A stretch of DNA of 64,000 bases from Lama guanicoe (lineage: Eukaryota). Position 1 is the first letter of the stretch. Every line of letters begins with the position of its first letter. Positions 38,038-52,650 of this stretch are shown one piece after another. Location: positions 2,900,084 to 2,964,083 of the forward strand of contig MU056050.1 of assembly GCA_013239625.1 (NCBI GenBank). The letters run 5' to 3'. The position numbers and the translations under genes are program-made. Under the pieces are notes generated by a model. The model saw only the letters and a list, made by a program, of their open reading frames with translations. It did not search any database and was not told where the DNA came from.

Positions 38038-38829
38038 TGTGATTTATAATAAAAAATATAAATTTAGTCTCCATTCCTCTTTCTAGCACAGAGCTCCTAA
38101 AACTCTTGGAATTTCCTCTGGTGAGAGGGATGAAGGTGACTTTTGTTATGTTAATGAGATGATTTTGGATGAACCTAAGAATAGGCTGGTTGCCAGGAGA
38201 ACAAACCTGGTGATTAGAGGGTTGGAACTTTCAGTCCCACCTCCTGACCTAGGGGCTGGAGATTGAGTTCAATCACCAATGGCCAGTGATTTAATCAATT
38301 ATGACTATGAAGCTTCCATAAAAACCCAAAAGGACAGGGTTTGGAGAGCTTCCAGGTTGGTGAACACACGGAGATTTGGGGAGAACGGCACACCTGGAGA
38401 GGGCATGGGAGCTCCTCGCCCTTTCCCCAGCCCATGCCCTGTGCATCTCTTCCATCTGGCTGTTCCTGAGTGACATTCTTTTATAATAAACTGGTGATTC
38501 AGTGAGTAAAATGTTTCTCTGAGTTCTGGCCGCCACTCTGGAAAATTAATGGAACCTAAGAAGGGGGTTGTTGGTTGTAAAGAGAAGAGTATAGATAGCA
38601 GTTTGGTCAGAAACACAGGTGACCACCTGCACTTGTGACTGGGGTTGAATGTGATGGTAGTTGGGGGGCAGCCCTGCAGGACTGAGCCCTTAACCTGTGG
38701 GATCTGATGCTATTTCCAGGTAGACAGTGTCAGAATTGAGTTAACTTGTAGGACACCCACGTGGTGTAGAAGAATTGCTTGGTGGTGGGGTTGGAAGTTC
38801 CTTCTACCCTGGAAATTGGTCTCAGAACA
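38038..38829 (+). mobile_element. MER21-like solo LTR
   Basis: TG...CA ends; 'gtgattagagggttggaactttcagtcccacc', 'caatggccagtgatttaatcaat', 'gagagcttccaggttggtgaacac'; AATAAA near 38485. Confidence 0.75.
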
Positions 38830-38857
38830 CCTTTTACTACCTTACTTAGCTAAAAAA

Positions 38858-38945
38858 ATGACCAACTATCCTGGTTTGCCTGGGACTGAGGCAGAGTTCA
38901 GCTTTAAAACTGGGACAGTCCTGGACAAACCGGGATGAGTGGGCT
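38858..38945. mobile_element. MER94-like hAT-Blackjack MITE
   Basis: Palindromic 'tcctggtttgcctgggactg...ggacagtcctggacaaaccggga'. Confidence 0.65.
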
Positions 38946-41900
38946 ATTTGACGCCTAGGTTGTTATAAGTATCTTATGAAATAATGCATTTAAAAAGTGT
39001 CAGACACAGATAGAGAACATATGGTTCAACTCCTGCTTGCCTTGGTGCTTTTGACAGTGCTCTTGAAAATAACCACAGGGCATTACTTTAAAACTAGTCT
39101 ACAATTTTGTCTTTTCCTGTCTCTCTTTTATTCAGACCTCATGAAACTCAGAATATATGTTATGTTAAAGTTAAAATTTGTGATAACAAGCATGTCCCCT
39201 TAGTGCTCACGTGCGCACACACACACAAACACATGCATAGTAATTATCTTGGCAAAGAGTGAACTCATTTAAAGACAGTTTATAAACCCAAGTTAATAAA
39301 CTGCTTCTAGATGAGCTAATTCATTGGCAGGAGGTTAATATTAAAGCTCGACTTTATGGTGTACTTTGATTAGTCCTGATGGTCTTAATGTAGTATTAAT
39401 CCTTAACATTTATAAAAAAGTTACATATTCATTTTCACTTTGCCTGAACACCTCTAAAGTCATCTGTGTTTTGGTGGGTTCTCCAAGGAAACCAGCATGT
39501 CCAAAGAAAGGGAATTCTGTGTCAATAAGTTCCCTTTAAAAAAAAAAGTTTAGAGGCATAAAGACCTTTAAGGAGGTTTTAAAAAAGACTTTTAAGATTG
39601 GGGCAGGTCAAAGGATGATGGCATACAAACATTTCTTTCACCTCCAAAATATCTGACTGAGGATGAGCCAAGGGGTCCCTCTGCTTTTTGTTTTTGTTTG
39701 TGTTTTGGCGAAATCAGTTTCTTGAATGCCTAGAATTTGGTCTGGTTTGTGGCAGACCTACAATTTGGGATTGCCTTCTAGGAACTTTGTATTCAAAACT
39801 GCTGAATATAAAGCTTAAAATCTGGCTGTCGTAAGAGGATGGACTGAAGGATCAAGACTCAAGTCTGGAAAGAGAAAGGCTAAGAGTAGGTGGGCTTGAA
39901 GTGTATGAGATCATGAATTATTTACAGAATATGCATTGAATGTCACTGTGCTGAGTTCTGTGAGGCTCAAGGGACAAAGAACCCAGGTACGTGGAAAGTA
40001 AGACTAAGGGGAATACTCTGAACGTGTGGCTCTAAGTAGGAGGTAATAAACTTACAGAACGAAATCCCTGAAAATTGAAGCAGATTCACAAAGGTAAAGA
40101 GAAATAGATGCATTCCTACAGAAAATAATAGTCCGTAAATGTCTGTCTTGGTGCTGACATCGGGTGGGACGAGTCTGTTCTTTGACTACCGCTCACTTCA
40201 TCTCCATCAGAAGGTGGCGTATGTACTGATCCAGGGAGGATAAACATGGACTGACATGGTTTTCCCACTTGGAATTTTTGTGAACTTCTAAACACTGAGC
40301 TGCTCTCTCTCTGTTCATGTCAGCTGAACCCCACAGATGAGGCTTATTAAATCCTCACTGTTGGCCTTCAGGGCTTACTTGGCTGACAGTTTGTAGAATA
40401 TTCTCCTTTCATATATTTGTGTAGCGATTTCTTTCATCGTGGTCCAAATTCCAAAATACTCCTTTTTTTGAGATTCTTTAATTAAATTTAATTGGGTTAT
40501 ATTAATGTTTGGAGTTGAAAAAGAAATAATAGACAGGGCTTTGAGGGACTGTGTGATAGGTGTTTAATTTATGCATATAGACATATTTTATATGCATATA
40601 TTTTCGTTTCCTCTCATTTTCCAACCCCAGCCAACCAACCCACCAAACAACTAACACGTACGTAAATGAACAAATTCCCCAAACAACAAGTTTTACAAAC
40701 TCTTCACTGGTGAGGTTTAAGGGGTATTTAATTTTTGCTAAGGTTAAAAACCAAATTGGAAATCGCAGGCAAGAAAAAGAGAATGATTCTTGCCATTACT
40801 TAGGGGGAGGGGTCCTTTCCCATAACGACTATTGTTATAGCCAGCGGTGTTGATGATGCAGGATGATCTATTACTGTTTGTTAGCCTGAGTCGGAGGAAG
40901 TGGCACATGCCCTGAATATTTTAAGTTTGATTCTTCAGCGATGGGGATGTGTGTGATTTCAGATCTCATAAAGCCATCTGGGGCTAGCAACTGACTTTTA
41001 TATTTGATATTGTTGTGCTCAGATTTCCAAAATTTGCTACCTTAATGTTGCAAGCATAATTCATTCCAATGGTCATGTCCACTGATGCGCTTACTGATGC
41101 TGTTTCCATTAGCACTTAAGACACATGGAAGGCACAGTCTCTGGATGAGCAAGGAATTAAACTGCATTGAGAAAACCACTTCCAGGGTTTAAAATTTTAA
41201 CCAGTATTCATTTTTAGAGCAAGCAAAAAATATATAGATCTGTGCTACTACCACAAGGTTAGGCAGTGATACAGGGTGGGTAGGGGCAGAGGTGGGAAGA
41301 ACAACACACGACAGCTAGAGTCCCCACACTGCCCCACCGCCACCAAGGAAAACACTGGGCTCACACGCCCAGACAGCATATTTAGCTTGGAGCACATTTT
41401 TACATTTGTGAGAAAATAAATAAATCCTTGTAAATTAGTGCATATAATGAAAGCACTGACAGACCATAACCTGGAAGTGTGAATGGTGCTGTCTCCATTC
41501 ATCAGCATTAAGCCCTAACAAGCTCTTTCTATGGAGGGACCTGCTCATAAATAAAGTGCATCTTGTAAAAAAAATTATTCACAATGTCTTATGCAAAGTA
41601 GGGGACATTATATAATATCTGAACTGCAGCCTCTTTTCTCTGTGAAGCATAGCTCTGTATGAAACAGCTGCAAATTAACAGGCGAAATTATCTGACTTCT
41701 TCCTTTGTCTTATTATCCTCCAATGAATAAATATTATAATTCTTAAGAAGACAATTGCCTCAAGCTGGGGCTGCCTGAATAGTTACTAATAAATTTATCA
41801 CCTGTTGGGGAAGAGGACACTGCTGATCAATACTGAAGCAGCAGGGGCATCCTGATGTGGGATCACCGGTAGTCCAGATGTGAAGGTTAATAGCCTGGAA

Positions 41901-44403
41901 ATAACTAAAATCCCAAATTAGATAACACTGAAGATCAGAGTTTTGGGCTGTGCAGAATGCCAGTTTCCAATGTTGGCAGAAGGCATCTCTGTATTTAATT
42001 TATAAAAATTACAGCTGTTAAGCCACCTACATTTTTATTTCTGTATTAAAAATGAACATTTTTTCAGAATATAAGCTTTGGGAAGTGGTCACAAAATTCT
42101 CTCTATCCACAGCCCTAGCAACCAGAAAACTGAAATACTGTTTGTTTTTTTTTCTGCCACAATCTGCTCTTTAATTTTATGAGACAGAGATAAGTGGCTA
42201 AAATAAACTTTCAAGGAATGTCCTAAATGTAATATAGCATCAGCTCAATCTCCAGTAGTGAGAGTGCTGAATTGTGTAACTGACATCAGCTAGTTGATCA
42301 TAAAGTGCCCTTTAAATCAAAGAGAGATTAAAATATTTTGCTTCGTTTATGTGCATTTCAATTCTCTGAAAATTGGTATCATACGTGTGGGCTATATGGA
42401 AATTGTCTACTAGGAGGAAAAGTCTATTCCCCAACCGATCTAACTACTGTCCACTTAATTACCTACCGGATCAGAAAGGGCCAAGTTACTTCTGCACAAT
42501 AAGGCTGTTAAGTGATCTTGCTAGGTAGCCCCTAAATGGAGCTTCTAGAACTTGGAGGGATTACAAATATCTGTGTGTCACTAGGGTTGGAAGGAAGCAA
42601 AGCTTAATGACCAGCTGAGATGATTTCACTGTGTGGTTAACAATAGAACTGGAGTTTGCCAATAAAAGACTCTAATAAACTTACTGTAACATTACATGAC
42701 TAGCAAACAGTGAGAGCTATTTAATCAGATAACCTGCTTAATAAAAAAGTTACAGTATATACTAAACAGTAAAGGTCAATTTCAAAGGAATTTATATACA
42801 AGTTAAAAATTATAAGCATTCAGACTTATATTCTCCTGGCTGGAATGTCCTTTCTTTCAAGACTTAGAAGGCACTCGGAGACAACATAAGGAACAGTAGA
42901 TCTGCAGGCTAGTTACCAAGAGTTGTGATTGCGAGAAAGACAGGGAAGGCTGTTTGTCTTCTCTTTAACTCCTGATCCTCTCAAAGCTTTAGCGTTCAGG
43001 GTAAGGCAGAGTGAATGAAGAGGTCCCCAACTTCCACCACTATTATTTTTCTAACAGCTTACTGGGAAAGCTGTTTCACTACTTATTTATTAATTTATTC
43101 AGGATTTATTTTGCACCTATTATGTGTCAAGCACTGGGCTAGGCACTGGGACTACTGCAGAGTGTAAAACAGATACGGCGCTGCCCTTGAGAAGCTCAGA
43201 AACCAGTGGGGGAGATGGACAAATCGCCAGGCGATTACAGTGCCTGGAGATGAGCACTAGTTTGGGGCGAGGCCAGGGTACCATGGGAGCAGTCATGAGG
43301 GATGGATTAGGGAAATGTACATCCCCAGTGATTTCTTAAAGAGACTTGTAAGCAGAAGTCTGAAGGACCATGTTGAATTTCTGTAAGTCTAGTGTGAAAT
43401 CTAGGTAAGCATCCCTAAAACCCATTAAGGATGACTAATATCACTAAATAATAACCATTTTCATTTGCTGAGAATACTAAGATATTCCAGGCACTGTGCT
43501 GCATTCTTTATGTACATTTTCTTCTTTAACATTCAAGTAGCTCTGTAGAGTGTATATTATTAATGTCATTTTTTTGATGAGGAAACAGAGGTTCAGAGGT
43601 CGGATGACTAACTTCAGGTTGCCTACCTAAAAAACACTAGATTTAGCTCATGTTTGCCTGAATTCAATGTCCATCCTCTTAATCACCATCCCATCCAGCC
43701 TAAATCGGGCTATCAATCACTTTACCACAGGAAAGGTGTACAGACTGGTTTCAGAAACTCCATTCAATTATCTGTAAAATGTTTTTTGAATGGGTATTGT
43801 CATGAAGAGATGATCCCTCGCTTTTGTTAGATTGTCAAAGGGATCCACAACCCCTCCCCACAAATTGTTAAGAATTCTTATATTCTGATAGATCTCTTGG
43901 ACTTTTTCAGAATTATTCTTCAAAGATATCCTGTGGCTTCATTCCTACAGAGCTGGTGAGTTTCATGAAACTACTAAGAATTTCCATGTGATGTGGATTT
44001 TGGTAACTTGACTATTACTTATGATCTACCAAATAAAAAGGTGACTCCAGAAGCAAGGGTCACACATTCATATGTCATCAGGGTACAGACAGGTGACAGA
44101 AGTTTGTAAGTCAGGCCAAGGGTTAGACTATATAGGTTCTAGGAGAAACAGGTTAACTAAAGAAAGCATGTCCCATCTAAATGTACTCAATCTTTTTTTT
44201 TTTTAAATAAAGTTACAGTGTGGGCCAAATGAATTATATTTTGAATTGGATTTATTCCCTGAGTTACCAATTTATGATGCTTGCTAGAGGACAATCAGGA
44301 GGAATATATTGTCAGTGAAGAGGCTGCTGTGAGCAGAAAAGATCCAAGAACTTAGAATAAATCTAATAATGAGTGTAGCACTGCTGTTAAAAATTATGTC
44401 TTG

Positions 44404-44714
44404 ATGCAGAGATCTCCCATATATATCCCCTGCCCCCATACATGCATCCTTCTCCCCTTATCAATGTCCTGCACCAGAGTGGTATGTTTGTTATAATTAA
44501 TGAACCCACACTGACACATCATTATCACCCAGAGACCATAGTTGACCTTAGGGTTCACTCTTGGTGTTGTACGTTCTCTGGGTTTGGACAAATATATAAT
44601 AGCATGTATCCACCATTAGAGCATCATACGGAGTAGTTTCAGTGTATGAAGATTCTGCTTTATTTTTCTGTGAACCTGAAACTGATCTAAACAAATAAAG
44701 TCTATTAAAAAAAA
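44404..44714. mobile_element. L1MC-like 3' fragment with 5' inversion (antisense ~44404-44644, sense ~44653-44714)
   Basis: Antisense 3'UTR followed by the sense terminus 'ttctgctttatttttctgtgaacctgaaactgatctaaacaaataaagtctattaaaa'. Degenerate TSD at 44389-44403 / 44711-44725. Confidence 0.7.
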
Positions 44715-44994
44715 GTTACATCTTGGTTTATAAGCACTGTGAAATCAAAGATAATCAAATCTAGTTATGATTTTCATCACTGGAAAATGAAATATTTGGA
44801 TGGCTAATGATGCAATACTTGCCAAAGATGCAGCTTCTTTTGTTCCCACCAAGATCAAAGCTCAGAATTTATGACAGGTTCACCGAATTTAGTCAGATCA
44901 AACCAGAAAAGCAGGTGTCCAAGCTGAACTCAACTTTGCTCTGGCTCTGGCACCCTTCTTTTCCTCATCCTTCCTTAAGAAAGCTCTCCATCTT

Positions 44995-46060
44995 GAAAAT
45001 ATTTGCAAATGATGCAACTGACAAGGGCATATTTTCCAGAATATACAAACAGCTCATAAAACTCAATAACAAAAAATCAAACAACCTAATCAAAAAATGG
45101 GCAGAAGATCTAAACAGACATTTATCTAAGGAAGACATACAGATGGCCAAGGGGCACATGAAAAGATGCTCAATATCACTAATTATCAGAGAAATGCAAA
45201 TCAAAACTACAATGAGGTATCACCTCACATTAGTCAGAATGGAAATCATTCAAAAGCCCACAAATGATAAATGCTGGAGAGGCTGTGGAGAAAAGGGAAC
45301 CCTCCTACACTGTTGATGGGAATGTAATTTGGTACAGCCATTATGAAAAACAGTACAGAGTTTCCTTCAAAAAGTAAAAATAGACTTACCATATGATCCA
45401 GAAATCCCACCATGGGCATATATCCAGAGGGAACTCTAATTTGAAAAACCACATGCACCCTAATGTTCATAAGCAGCACTATGTACAATAGCCAAGACAT
45501 GGAAACAACGTAAACGTCCATTAACAGATGACTGGATAAAGAAGTTGTGGTATGTTTATACAATGGACTACTACTCAGCCATAAAAAAGAATGAACTAAT
45601 GCCATTTGTAGCAACATGGAAGGACCTGGAGATTATCATACTAAGTGAAATAAGTCAAATAGAGAAAGATAAATATCATATGATATCACATACACGGAAT
45701 CTAAAAAAATGGAACAAATTAACTTACTTACAAAACAGAAACACACTTTATATACATGGAAAACAAACTTATGGTTACCAAGGGAGAGAGGGGAGGGAGG
45801 GATAAATTAGGAGTTTGGGATTTGCCGATACAAACTACCATATATAAAATAGATAAACAACGAGGCCCTGCTGTTTAGCATAGGGAACTATATTCAATAT
45901 CTTGTAATAACCTTTAATGAAAAAGAATATGAAAAATAATGTATATATATAGCTGAATCACTATGCTGCACACCAGAAACTAACACAACATTGTACATCA
46001 ACTATACTTCAGTTTAAAAAAGGTCCATACAATAAAAAACAAAAAACAAAGCCAAAAAAA
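44995..46060 (+). mobile_element. 5'-truncated L1 (ORF2 C-terminus + 3'UTR + A tail), artiodactyl/camelid type
   Basis: Translation [60 protein letters not shown], then WYVYTMDYYSAIKKNE; contains in-frame stops. Confidence 0.93.
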
Positions 46061-46089
46061 ACCTTTCCCTCTTCAGTACTCTTCAGTAT

Positions 46090-46475
46090 GGTGGAGACAA
46101 TGCTATGTATTCAGGTCATCCTATCCATTTTTCTGAGAATAGCACTAGATTACATTTCCTGGCCTCCTCTGCAGTTAGGTGTGGGAAGGAGCAGTATAGG
46201 TTCTTCCAGCCCTGACCCCTAACAAAACCTCTGTTGAGCTCATCTGTGGAGCGTCCCCCTCCTCTTAGGCCTAAGGGATCGAGGAGCAGCTGGATGAAAG
46301 GAGCCTGATTCCTGAGTGACTACTAGGAGCAAGGAATTTCTCCTACCCCCAGGCAACCTTTATAGGACTATGATATGAGTGAGAGACAAACTACTATTTT
46401 CTTACGCCAGTGAGATTGTGTGTGTATGTTTGCATCTATTTAATAAATAGTTGTTAGCTTGGCCTGACTATTACA
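46090..46475 (+). mobile_element. Old MLT1 LTR fragment
   Basis: 'gactacatttcc'-like 'gattacatttcctggcctcctctgcagttagg' and 'ggatgaaaggagcctgattcctgagtgac'. Confidence 0.55.
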
Positions 46476-49400
46476 TTCACCAACCACCAACTCAAATCCT
46501 GTTCATCTTCCAAGGTTTTTACAAGATGTTCTTCTTCCAGGAAGCCTTCTCTGAAAACTCTAGTGCATTCTGGTCTCTCTGTTTTCTAACCTACAGAAGT
46601 TTGTTTTCATTTTTTATTTTTTAAAATGTGAATTCTCCAGTATGCTCTGTCTAGGCAATAAGCTCCTTGAGGACAAGAACTGGATATTATACTTCACTTT
46701 TATATCTCAACAAATCCAGTAGATCTGGGCACGAATCTTCAGCAAACCTTGCTGAATTGTAGGCTTGATTGCCACACATTTGTAATGAAGCACATCTGTC
46801 TTGAATCAAATAAAGCATGCCATGATGTCAAGATCTGCATATGAATTTCTCTAGAAATGAGTTTGAAAGGAGGCAATAGTAATCTTTCTCTAAAGACCTT
46901 TAAGAGGTGTACAGTCCCCTATCAGTGATGATTAGAGTATGGGAAAAAGGGAGGTTAATCACTAAGAGAAAATAGAATAAGGACCCAGTTTGTGTTATGA
47001 TCTTATGATCTCTTCTAATCTTATCATCTTAGGAGTTCTAAGGAAACAGAAATATCCCAAGATTTTGCCTTAATTTGCTTTACTATGGACCAATAAGGGA
47101 AAGCAGAGAGAACATTGGGTCCAGGGTCACATCAGGGGATCTGGGTTTCAGGCTGACTTCTATTACAGATTAGCCATAGGACTTGTCTTGATGTCCTAAC
47201 CCATAGCCATTGAAGAGGATGAAGTATTACGGCGGCACTAAGTGGTGTCCTAATTGCTCAGTCATTGCTATAATTCTTTCTGAAAGTGACTTTTCTAAGC
47301 CTTAGCATCATAGACAAAGATATCCACAGAGGCTCTGCTTCAACATTTTAGGCTTTTCTATGTTGGACAGACATAGGATATGATTTAAGTCCATAAGGCA
47401 TTATGTAACCCTTGTCAGTGGCAGAGTGCCCTATGTTAGATTCACCAGAGAGACAAGGCATTGGTTGAAAACAGTTTTGCTAGCTTAGGGGAAATACTGC
47501 ACTATTGAACTATTGGTGTAAAAGCCTTCAAGCTTTTATAAGATGGCTAACGTTTCAACCCAGAGAATTAGATAATTGAAGTTCCACACTGTGCAACTGG
47601 CTCAGGGAGACCTTGGGCTGGAGGTGGTGTTGAGGTCTCAACAGTTAACAGTGACACTAGACACTAAGGATGGTGTGAGTTATTTTTCCTTGTTTTATAA
47701 AGGGGTGTGTGGGTGTGTGCGTGTGAGATTAGGTTAAATAGATGGTTCTAGTTCAAGTTGAAATGCATATCTCATGTTTTCTTTTTGTTCTAGAGTTCTT
47801 GCTCAAAAATGCATGCAGGCTGAGATTTAAAGGGACTCAGTACATATGGGTTAAGATAAATGAGGTTTACCAGATGTGAGCTGAGTATTTTATATACCCC
47901 TCCTCCGAAAAATTCTTCAAATATCAAGCAACTATATTTGGGACACTCCTTGGATACATTTTGAAGAAATGCCTCTGTCATCCTAAGGAAACAAACCACC
48001 TCACAAGGACCTTATGTGAACCATCAGCCCAAGGAAGGAAAGTTCATTTATGGCCCATGAACCAGCGGAAAACTAATTGCAGTTGTTACACTCTGGGGAA
48101 AAAAGAGTCTCTCTCAAGATATGTGAACGACCAAGAGGTTCTGACAAAAAAGCGAACTAAGTAGAATACCTTGGCCTGAATGCTCAGTAAAAGGAGGGTA
48201 TGAGGAATTAAGCCTGACAGTGCTTACTATTCATAAAAGTGGGCTAACTCAAGAAGAATTAAAATTTCTGTAGGATAATTATTGCATGTAGTACTTATTC
48301 AAAGACAATACAGAAGGCCCATTTAAAATTCTCCCAACATCCGTACATCTTGACTAATGAAGCTAAACGCTAGAAGAGAAGTTCACAAAGTCAGAAGTGG
48401 TTGACAATCATCTGCAAAAGGCATGGCAGGGCGACGAACACTGTGTGAATACAATTTTTAAACCTTTTAAATGAAGTTTAAAGAGACATTTAAGAGGACC
48501 AATTTGGGCTCAAAGATATAGGATTATAACAACACCACACACACAAATACAACAGCTGGGTAAAAGAAAAAAAATTAAGCAAAGCAGTCGTCTGATTAGA
48601 CAAACAACCCTTTAACTTCTTTCTTTTTGGCACGCTCCGACCTACAAGTTTGACAATCTGTGAGCAGACGAAGGTTACGTTGAAAGGTATTGAAAAAACT
48701 GGGATTCGCTGTTCAAAGGGGGCTGGCGATGTCCCTAGCCTTGTCTTGATTGAGATTGGGGTTACCAAGGCCATTTCCCCACCTGTTTTTCTCTAAATTC
48801 AATCACCCAGACATGTTCAGGAGAGATATGAGAGGAGGAGGAAAAAGTCTGAGGGTAGAAGCTAGGAGGTCCTGTTGTGAGACTGACTGTGACTTTCAAA
48901 AATTTACATAATTTCCCAGTCCCTAGGTTTTTGCCTTTGTCTAATGGTGAGAAGAAAAGTTGAGCTGCCCCTGTTAGTGGCTTACGGTAAAGACCAAATA
49001 AAATAACATCTGAACAGGACAGTCTGTGAAATCCTTTTGGAAGGTTAACATAAGTGGTGTTAATATTTCTGGTTTTGATTAACTATTAGTTTTCTGGCAT
49101 TTTGCTGTGGTTCATCTGTTATAAGATGACCTGCTTCTGCACAGCCTGACTTCTGTCAGCATCTCCTCCATGCTGATGGTGACGATCAGTCTGTACAGGG
49201 TCCTGTGTTACTTTTCCAGTTGAACTGGTCTATTCACTGGCTCTGAAACACGTCTTTCACTTTTCCATCATATTTGCCTGCACTGTTCCTCTACCTGGGA
49301 TACTCTCTCCTTCTCCTAGTATCCAGATCCTGCTCATGAAGAGACATGGTGCCAAGTCTAGCCTCAATAATTACAATATACAAACTGACTCAAAGACCTA

Positions 49401-50778
49401 CAAATATCCTGATGAAGGTTATTTCCTTATCAATGATATCAAACAATTTCACTGGTATTGTCTGATGACATAAATCTTCTGAGCCTCTGAGAAGAGATGT
49501 GTTATATCACCCATACAAGTGGGTAGGAATGAGGCTCACAACAGGTGATTAGGTTGCAAATCTAAAGCCTGGCCTGTAACTAAGAGTGTGGCGTGTTGCC
49601 TGGAATCAAGAGTGCATTTTTCATACTGAGTTAGAGCCATTCTATAAATCCATTGCAGGATCACCCCAACCTTCGTAGGAAGGACGGAGTCATTCATTTC
49701 CCACTTAGGTTGCCTCTGTTCTCTACTGCCCTACCGTTACTCCTTAGCTTTGTTCTTTGATTTTCTTTCTTTGTGAGTTCACATAAGCTAATCTATAAGG
49801 AAGAGAGGTTAGAACCCATTTCTCAGTTTTTCTTTACCTATGTGTCCAGTCCTTTTTCAGATTCCTTTCCTTTCTTCTCCCTTCTGCTCATTTTCCTCTC
49901 CCCTTTACTCCAAATCCCAATCAGCTCTCCAGTCTCTGAACCCCTGCAGTGTTTACACTTTATGTCACACAACCTAATGCTGATTACTGTCCCCTCTAAC
50001 GAGTCTTGTCTCCACCTCTTTGGTCTCCCCATCCAGATTGTACTTCACTCACAGGCAGACATCATGCCTAACTACTCCACTTAGAATTTCCAAATTTCCC
50101 AGTGCAGACCAGATTTTTTTGCTGCTTGAAAAGCTTAACAAAGCAGTAAAGCTCAGTATGTTCAGGTTCTTTTTCTAACAAGATATACCAGGAGCATGAC
50201 GTGGGTCTGACAGAGCAGCTAAAACCAGTGCAAGTCTTATAAATACTATAGCAGATAATTGACATTAATGTCTTATTGACATCAAAAATGTTGAAAGTAT
50301 TAGAAGATGGCCCCTCTGGATACCTGTTTGATAATTAAGGGGGCTTAAGAGATCGTTGTAGTGTTTGACTATAGCATTTAGCATAGTTCCTGCCATACAG
50401 GAATGCTTTATGTGTGTATAGAATAATAAATGAATAAGGTCTATATTAGAAAGAGAACAATTTGAGCCATTAGAAAAAAACCAATTAACAACAGCCAGTG
50501 AGTCTAATAAAGAAGGTAAAACAAGATGAAACTGAAGCATTTACAACTGCTGCCAGGTAACATTTTTGCAACTTCAATGGTTCCTTAATTCAACTGTTCA
50601 AAACATATCTCACATTTCCAGGAATTAGGAAGATATCAGTTTAGGGCCAAGTCAGAAGGCAGTGGTTTTGCTCATGTGTTAATTGACTAATTTTTTAAAT
50701 AACATTCAAATAGATTACTTTAATAAAGTCATACTGTTAAAACGAGACCAGATACACTTGGGAAACAAAATAGTGCCA

Positions 50779-50890
50779 AGTGCTAGTAAAAACAACAACA
50801 AAAACAAAACGCGAAAAACAAAACAAAACAAAAAACCAACCAACCAACCAAACAAAACACAAAAACAAAAAACTCCCACAAAAAAAGAAA
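50779..50890. repeat. A/C-rich low-complexity tract ((CAAAA)n/(CCAA)n)
   Basis: Visible directly in the sequence. Confidence 0.8.
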
Positions 50891-51969
50891 GACTTTGAGG
50901 GTGCTAAGTGTTGATCTCTGATTTCTCAAAAATTTCAAGGCTAACAGGCTAAAATCAGAAGATTTAAAAGTAGCCCTTCTTCAGACCACCCTCCTCAGAA
51001 ACGCCCCCAGTTTTCGCACTCTGGGAAAGGCCGGAGGCGCCTTCGGAAGGACCTCACGTCCTAAGGTAGGGCTGGGACAACTGCCTGCCTACACGTCTGA
51101 TTTTACTTTGTTCAGGAGGACACAGAGAAAAGATGATAGAAACCAAAGTAGATAATCCTGGCAGAGGTCATTCCGATGGGTTTTTGACTTGGGCAGGGCC
51201 AAAGCAGATGTATCAATCTATTACCATGGCTTGAATTTCCTTGGGTTAGTGATGCCTTCCACAGTGAGGAATGATTCTGGCCCTCTAAGGGAAATTACTG
51301 CTGCAGTCAGCTTTCTTTCCTGAGTGAATACTAGTAAAATGGGGCACCTACCTACCTTCCTTTCCCCCAAAACCTATTACACAGTCTAACAAGCCTTTTG
51401 AAAAACCAAATGGGATAGCTAGCAAACGAAACTGGAAGAAAAATAGAGCAAATAGCATTGGGGCTTCCCGGCTAGGCTTTGATATTTGGGGCTTGAAGAT
51501 AACCTCGCATTTGAGTTATTAAGCCTTTGATTCCTCAGAGAGAAACTTTAAATGGGCCAGGACTCACTCCCAAGGAAACAGTGAATTTCTTTGGGCAATG
51601 ATAAAACTGACTTATTATATCAAGGCTCCTTAATATTGAGGAAGTTCAGTGTCAGCCATTTAGGCAACTCCACGTATGGACACATGCTTGAGGGGCTGGT
51701 GGCCCAGCAGCTGAAGGCAGGCCTCAAATCCAATCAGTTCAGAAAACAAGGGGTTAATGCTGGCCACTGCAGGCGGCCCCAAAGACCCTATTCCAGGGCC
51801 AAAGCTGGTGTGTGTTCTGTTATGTTGGTACCTGTGCCTTCCAGGTTGTTAAATATTTTGAATGCTGTCTCTGTATGAGTGAAAGCCGTATTTAAAACAA
51901 ACAATCATCTTTTAAAATGGAATTGTATTAAATTTGCAAGTTGTTTTCCAAATCCTACTTCTGACTTAA

Positions 51970-52650
51970 CTTTTTTTTAAATTATGAAAGATTTCCAATG
52001 ATAGGCAACTCAGAAAATAATTACACACTGCCATGCATCCACCACCCAAATTTAATAGGTGTTAACATTTGCTTCATGTATCTCTCAAAAAACAAAACAA
52101 AACAAAACAAAACATGAAAATATGATGGATCTAGCCAAAGCCCGTGTCTTTATTCCTTTTCCTCTGCAGACGTAAGCAATAGTCTGCAGTTAGTGTGGCT
52201 CATTCCTTTGCATGTTTTTATACATTTTCGACATATGTGTATATCTAAAAATAATATATAGTTTTGTTTTGTGCTTCAAAAATCTATGTACGAGATGGAT
52301 GGTGGTGATGGTTGCACAACAATATGGATGTCCTTGAAGCCTCAGAATTGTACACTTAAAAATGGTTAAAATGGTAAGCTTTGTTTTGTATATTTTACCA
52401 CAATAAAATATGCTAATGATATCACACCATATATAAGCTTTTGCAATTTTCTCTTTCATTCATGCAGCCTTATGTTTTGTGATGATTAATGTTTTTACAT
52501 GTGCATCTAGTTGATTCATTTTTACTACTGTATGATGTTGTATAATATTCCATCATTTGACTTAGCCCAACTGAGGGATTATTAGATTGCTTCCATTTCG
52601 TTATACCATAATGACATCCTAGCACGTCTCCTTATGCACATGTGTACTTG
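51970..52650 (-). mobile_element. Old L1ME-like fragment with nested sense L1MB 3' end (~52293-52410)
   Basis: Nested 'gatggtggtgatggttgcacaacaat...ttgtacacttaaaaatggttaaaatggtaa...tattttaccacaataaaa'. Confidence 0.55.

Noticed and set aside
40207..40220. CTCF-like motif TCAGAAGGTGGCGT
   Set aside because: Several mismatches to the core consensus; unsupported without ChIP data.
44807..45805. 169-aa and 86-aa ORFs as host genes
   Set aside because: They are pieces of a truncated L1 ORF2 C-terminus with stops.
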